NCBI RefSeq assembly: GCF_006345805.1
Contig: NC_043013.1
Span: 18,786,001 to 18,850,000, forward strand
Direction of reading: 5' to 3'
From: Octopus sinensis
Taxonomy: Eukaryota
Length of the DNA: 64,000 bases
The position numbers and the translations under genes are program-made. The notes beneath the pieces are model-generated. The model had not been told where the DNA came from, ran no database searches, and saw nothing but the letters and a program-made list of their open reading frames with translations. Every line of letters starts with the position of its first letter. The first letter of the stretch is position 1. Below, piece after piece: positions 54,661 through 64,000 of this stretch.

Positions 54661-55472
54661 ATACGTAGCACATAATCAACAACAATGATGAAAATAATTG
54701 TTGTTGATTATGTTGATTACGCACACACACATTCACACGTAAACACACACACACGCAAGTTTTCCTTACTGATGAATTATGAATGATATTTATTTCCTTA
54801 TATACCTTCTTTATCACTATTATGCCCTCTGTCCACATTGTTAATAATTTATGAAAAATGCAAGACACGGTCAAGGTTGAACTTATACAAATTAACGCAG
54901 TCTCGTATTTATCGAAAACAAGTAAACGTAGAAGAAAGTCACTGAGATTAGTTTGACGAGCAGAAGGATGAAAGAAAGGCAGGGCGGACTAACTGAAGGA
55001 AGGAGGTAGGTGACAGTATTCGCATAGAGAGAGGGAAGTGGGGATGTGGAATAGAGATAGTGGTTGTGGTGGTGGTGAAAACTAGAGAATAGGAACGTGG
55101 GGAGGAAGTAGTAGAAACAACAAATTCTAAATAATAGAAAAACAGCACAACATACGAAGAGATAGGGAGGGGGAGAGAGAAAAGAGGGAAAAAGGGGATG
55201 AGGAGAATGTGGTAGAAGAAGAAAAAATGAAAATTGTACGTTTTTTTCTTTTTATATAAGAGGTAAATAGCAAACCCTGAAAACAGATGGACGTGTGACA
55301 GGTAGAACGGTAATTGGAAAAAAAAAAAAAAAGAAAGAAGACAGGAAGTGACACAGTTGCCTCCTGGATAGAGAGTGATTTACAGAAGAACGAGAGAGAG
55401 AGAGAGAGGGAGAGAGAGAGAAAGAGAGAGAGAGAAAGAGAGAGAGAGAGAAAAATAGAGAGATAAAGACAG

Positions 55473-55516
<44 letters not shown>

Positions 55517-55806
55517 GGAGACAGAGAGAGAGGTGGGTTTTATTTGTTGATCAACGGTAAGTTCGTTTCGGATCTGTTTTCCATCGAGATGATGGTAAAA
55601 GAAATACAACTAATATTCTAGCAAAATATCTGTAACATACTGAGATACTTGGAAACATACAATTAATAGGCCTATTACTATTAACGAGGCATTAATTTAT
55701 GATTATAAATAATTGGCTAAGTAATATATATATATATGACTATATAAGATGGCTTATACAATAATACAGAATATATTATTATACATAATAGTATGCAATC
55801 TATAAT

Positions 55807-56136
55807 GGTGCATGGCCCAGTGGTTAGAGCGTCGAGCTTACGATCGTGAGGTTGTGAGCTCGAATCCCGGACCGGGCTGCGTGTTGTGTTCTTGAGCAAG
55901 GCACTTTATTTCACGTTGCTCCAGTTCACTCAGCTGTAGAAATGAGTTGCGACGTCACGAGTGCCAAGCTGTATCGGCCTTTGCCTTTCCCTTGGATAAC
56001 ACTGGGGCGTGGAGAGGGGAGGCCGGTATGCATGGGCGACTGCTGGTCTTCCATAAACAACCATGCCCAGACTTGTGACTAGGAGGGTAACTTTCTAGGT
56101 GCAATCCCATGGTCAGTGTCGTGACCGAAGGGGGTC
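55807..56136 (+). mobile_element. tRNA-derived SINE (body 1 plus tail Z), full length
   Basis: Head ggcccagtggttagagcg...gctcgaatcccgg, CORE-like cttgagcaaggcac...ctccagttcactcagctgta, tail ending gaccgaagggggtc. Confidence 0.88.
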
Positions 56137-57085
56137 CCGGATAATTGTATGTAATATGTAATTGTATATGATAAGATATAAAGGATTCCATGTAACAGTT
56201 TATAAAAGAATAGTCGCAGGCATAGCTGTCATGGGTTCAGCTTCAATGTGTGTACTTTGGGCAAATGTCTTCTACTAGAGCGCCCAGGCCGACCAAAGCC
56301 TTGTGAGTGGATTTGGGAGACAGGAACTGAAAGTGTGTATGTGTGTGTGTATTAATCGCACATACACAATGTGTGTCTTGCTTGTTCGCTGGTTCGCCGC
56401 GCACATTCTGCGGACGGTTATCTCTCATAACAAATGAAAGTCATAGACAGGCAAGACAATGTAATTGGAGGTGAGCTGTCTCACCTGTCTCTGACTTCCA
56501 GTTGTTGTAACACCCAGTGCTAGTAGGAGATCCTCTCCAAAGCACCGTGGCGCCATAACACATAGATATACAAGTTTTCTATTGTAAGTACAAGGCCTAC
56601 AATTTGGGGGAGGTACCTAGTCGATTACATTGAATCCAATGTTTGACTGGTACTTAATTCCTCCACCTCGAAAGAGTGAAAGGTTAGGTCAACCTCGGCA
56701 GCAGTTGTACTTGGAACTTTAAGTCGGAATAACTGACGCTAAGCATAATCTCCGGACTGAGAACAATTTTGCCTACTTGCGACATTGGAGAGAGGGCAAA
56801 TCGATTATTTGGAGCCTAGTACGTGACTGGTATTTATATTATCAACTCGGAAGGATAAGAGAAAAAAATTTCGACTCTAGCAGAATTTGAATTCAGATCT
56901 TAATAAGCCAGAAGACATGCTGCTAAGCATTGTTTCCAACACCTTAACGATTCACCCAGCTCATCGACACTTCTACACACACACACACACACACACACAT
57001 GCACTCACACACAAACACACAAACACACACACACATGCACTCACACGCACACAAACACATGCACGTATACACATATACACATGCA

Positions 57086-57122
<37 letters not shown>

Positions 57123-57906
57123 GTGTATATGCATCGTTTACCTAAGCAGGTATGATTTAAATAAGATTCGGTCCTTATTATTTCTAACCTTTCCTGCGTA
57201 CAAGTAATGAAACCCTGATTTTGTACAGAAGAGATTTCTGTTGTTGACCAGAGTTAAAATCCTTTCACAGCAGTTTAAATTGACGACAAATATTAAATGT
57301 TCCCAGATAAAATCTCTTCCAAGACAGAATCACCTGTTCTCTCCTTATTTTAATGAAGCCATTAGAAACAGCTCACTGTTCAATTTCTTAACATTTCCAT
57401 CTCATCCAATATTTTTACGGAATTTTCCTGTCGCAACTGTGACATAAATAATGACTTATGACGACGATACTCCAGTTAATGAGTTTTACAAAATTATTAC
57501 TGAAAGAATTATAAAAAACATCATATACACACGCAATGACAGTACACATACAGAAAGGCAAACATAAACACACACTCATACACTCACCTACTCACACACG
57601 CACTTAAATTGTCTTTCTTTTATTTGGTTCAGGCATTGGGCATCGACCGTGCTGGAGTACTGCTTTGAAGGCCGTTGGTCGAACGTATGGAACCCAGCAG
57701 TCATAAATTACAGGCTGGTACGTATTCTATTGGTGTCTTCTGCCTAAGTGCAAAGTTACAGGGACGTAAACAAACCAACACAAGTTGTGGAGATCTGCGG
57801 GGGAAGAAACACAGATACAAAGATAAACACACACACTCACTCACGTACACATCAACAAAACACGTGTGTATGTATGTATGTATGTGTGTATGTATATATA
57901 TATATG

Positions 57907-57957
<51 letters not shown>

Positions 57958-57997
57958 ATATATATATATATATATTATATATATATACATAATATAT

Positions 57998-58054
<57 letters not shown>

Positions 58055-58208
58055 GGGTTAAATGCAACAAGTTGCTCAAAACCACATACCGAAAATATTA
58101 GAAATAGCAGCCAAAATTGGTCACTATTTCCTCTACTAGTAAAAAGTCTCCACAAACAAACAGAATTTGTAAGCTGTATATGGCAAAAAAGGCAGAACTT
58201 ATGGATTA

Positions 58209-58266
58209 ATTATAGACGACTCGTTTCTGGATTAGAACCGAAGGTTCATTTCCTTGTCAATATAAT
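58209..58266 (-). ncRNA. Type I hammerhead (U3-A8 variant), inverted copy
   Basis: Reverse complement of 58942-58999. Confidence 0.75.
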
Positions 58267-58941
58267 ATTTCCTATAGATCTAGAAATACTAGGGGAAAAA
58301 ACTTACCCGTTACACCAGTACGATCAGCGACATCGGACGGCCTAACGGAACTGCTAGCATTCCTACACCAATGCCGACATGCGAATTCATATTTCCCTCC
58401 AAAATTTACCACGTGAACTACAAAAACATTACCAACGAAACGAAAAATTCGGAGATAACTTGTAAGGGAGCAAAAGTATTCAATATGCAATAAAGGGTGG
58501 AATATAATTAATTTAATAAAATTAATCAGTAGAGGAAATAGTGACCAATTTTGGCTGCTATTTCTAATATTTTCGGTATGTGGTTTTGAGCAACTTGTTG
58601 CATTTAACCCTTAATTATAATTATTATAACCCTTACCAAATATGGTCTTTTCCATACCGACAAATCTACTAGGTGAAATTGATTAATTTTATTAAATTAA
58701 TTATATTCCACCCTTTATTGCATATTGAATATTTTTGCTCCCTTACAAGTTATCTCCGAATTTTTCGTTTCGTTGGTAATGTTTTTGTAGCTCACGTGGT
58801 AAATTTTGGAGGGAAATATGAATTCGCATGTCGGCATAGGTGTAGGAATGCTAGCAGTTCCGTTAGGCCGTCCGATGTGGCTGATCGTCCTGGTGTAACG
58901 GGTAAGTTTTTTCCCCTAGCATTTCTAGATCTATAGGAAAT

Positions 58942-58999
58942 ATTATATTGACAAGGAAATGAACCTTCGGTTCTAATCCAGAAACGAGTCGTCTATAAT
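58942..58999 (+). ncRNA. Type I hammerhead ribozyme with compensatory U3-A8 core
   Basis: ATTATA TTGACAA GGA-[AAT]-GAACC(TTC)GGTTC-[TAA]-TCC A GAAA CG(AGT)CG TC TATAAT. Stem I is 6 bp and extendable through an AAT/TAA loop to GGA/TCC and CTAT/ATAG. The triplet is GTC (cut after 58993). Confidence 0.78.
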
Positions 59000-59298
59000 T
59001 AATCCATAGGCTGGGTTTTCGTTATTTTCTGCCTTTTTTGCCATATACAGCTTACAAATTCTGTTTGTTTGTGGAGACTTTTTACTAGTAGAGGAAATAG
59101 TGACCAATTTTGGCTGCTATTTCTAATATTTTCGGTATGTGGTTTTGAGCAACTTGTTGCATTAACCCTTAATTATAATTATTATAACCCTTACCAAATA
59201 TGGTCTTTTCCATACCGACAATCTACTAGGTGAAATTGATTAATTTTATTAAATTAATTATATTCCACCCTTTATTGCATATATATTATATATATATA

Positions 59299-59329
<31 letters not shown>

Positions 59330-59520
59330 ATAATATATATATATATACATATATATCAAATGAAATAAAATGAAAAACAGGACACGAAGGATGTCGCGGT
59401 ACACATGTTTCGAGCTTTATAAAACAACTTATTCTTACATCAATGTATAATCGACATAACAGATAGTTCAAAAGCTCTCTATATATACTGGTGCTTACAT
59501 TTATCAGGTATTCACCCTGA

Positions 59521-59549
<29 letters not shown>

Positions 59550-59552
<3 letters not shown>

Positions 59553-59690
59553 ATAGAAATGGTAAGAGAGCAAAAGAATGAGACCTCGATATTATGTAAA
59601 TAGAAGACTTTATCTTTATATGTGACAAATATTCGGTAGCCATGATAAAACTCGGAGTTTTATTATGGCTACCGAATAATTGTCATATTT
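59550..59690. mobile_element. Family 2 pseudo-LTR tail with fold-back hairpin
   Basis: Tail homologous to 36735 and 38635. 59624-59653 pairs with 59655-59684 around g59654. Confidence 0.72.
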
Positions 59691-60715
59691 TATATATATA
59701 TATGTGCGTGTGTGTTGTGTGTGTGTGTGTGTGTGTCTGTATGTATTCGACAGATTGCACTTTCCGTTCACCAAATTGACTTTCATACACTTTCATAGCT
59801 GAGGGCTATAATAGAAGACATTTATCGAAGGTGCCGTGAAATGTGACTGAACCCGAAACCACATGGCTGCAAAGCGAACATCTTAGCTACAATGCCATGC
59901 CAACGCCTAATATGCAAGGAAGTATGAGATTAGATGGGCGCGAAACTTAATTTGATATATCAAGAGCTCACTTAGCTATCGCGATATTTCCGCTTTGAGT
60001 TCAGTCTTTGATCCAGTACACTGCCATCTAATGCTTTCTATCGGTAGCAGAGTGTTTGAAGGAATGCATTATCCGTTTTTTAAGGACATAAGTTGAGTGA
60101 TTTGACTTTTATTTCTAGCACGTTTCACAACCAGGTACAATATCATAGGACAATGCATTAATCGAGTGAGTGGTTATGCCCTCAACTATTGAATGAATAA
60201 CTACATAACTGCAATTAAATCGTCAAATGCACTGTGAATAGAGAAAATCAAAATGATGTTTATTCTTATTACTTACTGGTAGATTCGAATATTAACATAA
60301 TTATCGCTGTTGTGTTACAGAACAAGATCGCTATTCGCAATGTATGTGTTCATAACGCACTTGATTCACAAAGGATTCTTTGACACCCAAAGTTGCAACA
60401 TCCTTGTCTCGTCAGGCATTTAATTACTGATACGTTAGTTAAGTAGGCGCTAACGCAAAACAGCATAACGATAATTTTTCTCAAAAAAGAGAAAAGTATT
60501 TTCCGAATATATTCCTGGTAAGAGGGCAAATACATCCAAAATCTAAACTGTCTAAATTGATTAGGGTGTCCAGGTGTAAGGCTGATTGAGTAAGTAGGTT
60601 GACCTCATATATTGTACCTAGAGTTCAAATGCAAACTAGAAGCAACCATTTATACCATAATACCATACCGATTCTATTATTTTAGATTTTAACATACATA
60701 GACAGAAACCTAATA

Positions 60716-60856
60716 TTAGGTTGTCCCAAAAGTTCGTAAACACTTGCGAAAATTGAATTTTTACTCGCCAAGTACTAACAAAAACAACAAAAATTATTCC
60801 TCAAAATAAAGGCCATTATTTTCCAAGACTTTCTACGAACTTTTGGGACAACCTTA
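60716..60856. mobile_element. 141-bp mariner-type MITE
   Basis: TIRs ttaggttgtcccaaaagttcgta / tacgaacttttgggacaacctta, flanked by TA on both sides. Confidence 0.85.
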
Positions 60857-61002
60857 TAGTTACCAAAAACAAAGAATATTAACGATATAACCGACCTTCG
60901 TAATTGTTCCATTCAATTATTCCAAGTCAAGTATTTATTCCAAGTTATATTTATATCCCTTTTTGCATATAAATAAACGCTCAGAACTTTCCGGACAACC
61001 TA

Positions 61003-61096
<94 letters not shown>

Positions 61097-61105
61097 GATG
61101 TTTTC

Positions 61106-63105
61106 GATCTGTTTGGATTCTTTGCCATCAAATTTGAATTTTCAATTGGTGCTCAAGCCTTGAAAAAAAAAAAAGAGTTAAACTACATCAGCCATAAGGA
61201 AATACATGGATAAACTGCTCTTTACAATGCAGCAATTCACCATACGTAGACACATAAAGGAAATAATGAGCTCATTACTAATCCTGATATAACGACCTGC
61301 CTGAATGTGTCCACGTGTTACCTAAGGCACGTGCATGCCATGTACAGTAGACAGTCTAGTGAAAAGACATACCACGGGGGGAGGGAAGATGTAGCATAAA
61401 CCCGCGCTTTAAAGAACTTTTAAGCAATTTTGGGGAGGTGTAAAATTACCATTATGATTAAAAGATATGATCAACAATTGTTGATTTAAATCAGACCAGG
61501 TTTATTAGCTATCCTGAGATAAGGGTTTTCAAATTTCCCTAACTGATATTTCTCGCAAAAAATAGTTGCAGTTTGTAAAAATGTATAAATTATCTTGAAT
61601 GAACTGTTCAAACATACGCAAACAATAGTAAAAGAATCATTCGTTTATGATCTCCCCTTGTTCAGACCGGTAGACGTAACGGAGCATCTTTTGGTAGAAG
61701 CTATCACAGTGTTCATGAGTTCTTTCATCGAACTATTCAGATATCAATTGGTAAAGGTCCGGCTCGTTCTTTGCTTCGCCTTGGATAACCGAGCATTTCC
61801 AAACGGAGAAAATGTTCTCGTTTTGGTTTAGGAAAGGCGAATATGGAGGCAGGTAGAACATGGTAATGCCAAATTCCTTAATAGCATCTGCCAGTTCATG
61901 ATAATGGTGGATCCTGGCGTTGTCAAGGATGAAGACAGGATTGTTGATTTCGTCGTGGGTGCACCGTTGGTGAATCTCGATCAAACATTCTTTGAACCTT
62001 TCTCCGTTTACGGCCGTTTCAAAAACTTGATGAAAAATCATCCCATATCAATTCATGGCCGCAACAACCGAGATATTTCGGCTGCGTGCAGCCGGAACGG
62101 AGACGTATTGGGATTTTCCGGACTGGGCTCACCCCTTTCTAGGACGCGTCAGCACTGCAAACCAGGAACACAAAGTTTCGGTCGTGTATGTCCTCTGATC
62201 GTTGGAGAAACTACAGAGCGTATTCCATTCACAGGCTCAAGGTCCATTCATCGTTTCTCTTCACAGGAACTGTAACGAGAGCCTTAAAAGAAAAACAAGC
62301 ATGTAAGCGCAAAAACTAAGTGGGATTATAATTTTCTAAATGTCCACAGTGAATGAAAACCAACTACGTTTGTGTACATGAAATGTGGCAAGCCTCTGCA
62401 TATATCATTTTCTATCGTCTAAATTCTTCTTTCAATGAACATGTTCCCACCTCTCTCAAAGAATAAAACGTTTAAATCCGGACCATCAGAGTTAAATACA
62501 AATTTCATAATGAACGGGCTGATACACAGTCACGCGTTGTAATTTCATCCCTCCTCCTCACCTAAATTACATAAAATTGCTTTAAAGTACAGGTTTATGC
62601 TACATCCTCCCTCCCCCCGTGGCATGTCTTTTAACTAGACTGTCTATTGTACATGGCATGCACGTGTCTTAAATGAAACGTGGACGCATTCAGGCAGGTC
62701 GTTATATAAGGATTAGTATGAACTCATGTTTTCCTTTATGCCTACGTGTGGTGAATTGCTATTAGTAATGTTTGTTCCTTCTGGAGCCATGCCTGGCTCA
62801 TAAGGGCCGGTTTTCCGGTTTCCTTCGCGTATAGGTTCCCCACCTGAACGTGACACCGGTCCGTCGCAAGTGAGCTGCAAGATGCAGGAGGAAAGAATGA
62901 GAGAAAGTTATCGCGAAAGAGTCAGCAGATGTTCGCCATTACCTTCTGTCAGAGCCGCGTGGAGCTTAGGTGTTCCGCTCATATACACACACATCACCCG
63001 GTCTAAGAATATTCCTTTACGGCTGCTGTAGTTTAACTCTTTTTGTTTTCACGGCTTGAACACCAATTGAAAAATTCAAATTTCATGGCAAAGAATCCAA
63101 AATAG
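61106..63105 (-). mobile_element. Tc1/IS630-like DD34E DNA transposon with long (~325-bp) TIRs, right TIR split by a SINE
   Basis: ORF 61733-62041 has VFILDNARIHH...FYLPPYSPFLNQNENIFSVWK (34 residues between D and E), preceded by RSRNISVVAAMN*YG. Left TIR ~61106-61432 matches ~62573-62760 plus ~63012-63105 in reverse. Confidence 0.88.
62762..63010 (-). mobile_element. tRNA-derived SINE (body 2 plus tail Y) inserted in the transposon TIR
   Basis: Minus strand: gaccgggtg...gagcggaacacctaagctccacg...actctttcgcgataactttc...gcgacggaccgg...ggggaac...gaaaccgg...atgagccaggc. Confidence 0.75.
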
Positions 63106-63265
63106 AATCCAAATTATATATATATATACGTATATATAAAATTTTAAAATAGGATAAAATCTTTATAAGAATTCATCAAGTAGTCAGCGTGAAAAACCTG
63201 ATAAGGAAAAATTTCATATATATACACACACATATATATACATACATGCACACACACGCGCACAC

Positions 63266-63303
<38 letters not shown>

Positions 63304-63464
63304 ACACACACACATGATTTTCTTCCTTATGAGGTTTTTTACGCTGACTACTTGATAAATTCTTATAAAATATTATCCTATTTTTAAATTATATATATAT
63401 AATATATATATATATATACATACATACGTATCTTGTGTTAGTGTGTGCGTGAGTGAGTGTTCGT

Positions 63465-63607
63465 GTTTATCTTTGTCTCTGTTTTTGGTACCCCACCCAT
63501 CTCGACAATTGTGTTGGTTTGCTTACGTCCATGTAACTTTACAGGTAGGCAGAAGGCAGCAATAGAATAAGCACCAGCCTGTAAAATATGAGTGCTGGGT
63601 TCCACAC

Positions 63608-63674
<67 letters not shown>

Positions 63675-63828
63675 ATGTATATGTACGATGGGTTTCTCTC
63701 ACTTTCCGTCTACCAAAGTTACTCAGAAGGCGTTGATCGGCCCGATGTTGTAGTAGAAAGCACTTGCCCAAGGTGCCACGCCGTGTGGTTTGGAGGCATG
63801 CTTCTTACTACACAGCCACGCCTGCGCC
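63465..63828 (-). mobile_element. tRNA-derived SINE, family B
   Basis: Head ggcgcaggcgtggctgtgtagtaagaagc at 63828, core ttgggcaagtgctttctactac, internal TA tract. Confidence 0.8.
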
Positions 63829-64000
63829 TATAAAATACAATTATTTTCTTTATTAAAGAAGATCTATCAAATAGAGTTTCTTTAAGACACAGGAATTAAA
63901 CTATTTTTGTAAGAAATTTCTTTCTTAAACAGTTCTTCTAATACCATGTTCCATCTATGTTCTATTTCAATATTCTTGCTTATTGTTAAGCTTATTCACC

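Larger units (their letters stand above)
58055..59280. mobile_element. Hammerhead-bearing Penelope-like/retrozyme-like element (family 4): one inverted copy plus ~1.35 tandem units of 559 nt, between (TA)n tracts
   Basis: 58055-58527 is an inverted copy of ~58681-59168 with a few substitutions and a ~16-nt deletion. 58528-58723 is directly repeated at 59087-59280 (period 559). Confidence 0.78.

Overview
Eukaryotic, AT-rich, microsatellite- and SINE-dense DNA, most likely from an octopus (inferred from a cephalopod-type LFRFamide precursor and the repeat landscape). The only well-supported host gene is a spliced LFRFamide/sNPF-type neuropeptide precursor on the + strand. It has a signal-peptide exon (CDS 39291-39375) and a peptide exon (44480-44952), giving 185 aa with seven predicted amidated peptides, four of which end in RY rather than RF. 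The rest is mostly transposon debris: Helitron, maT (DD37D) mariner, a Tc1/IS630-like DD34E element, CR1, RTE and R4-like LINEs, tRNA-derived SINEs and a MITE. The most interesting hidden signal is a set of short (TA)n-anchored, inverted or tandem elements from four sequence-distinct families. They carry seven type-I hammerhead ribozyme motifs (32975-33039 -, 33068-33132 +, 36839-36901 -, 38757-38815 +, 43878-43947 -, 58209-58266 -, 58942-58999 +), and a Penelope-type GIY-YIG endonuclease remnant lies nearby (35638-35997). The set includes a perfect 228-bp-arm palindrome with twin near-canonical hammerheads, a 559-nt tandem unit with a compensatory U3-A8 core, and a fold-back junction centred on hammerhead stem III. 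All folds were derived by hand and none is experimentally tested. Most ORFs in the supplied track are microsatellite artefacts.
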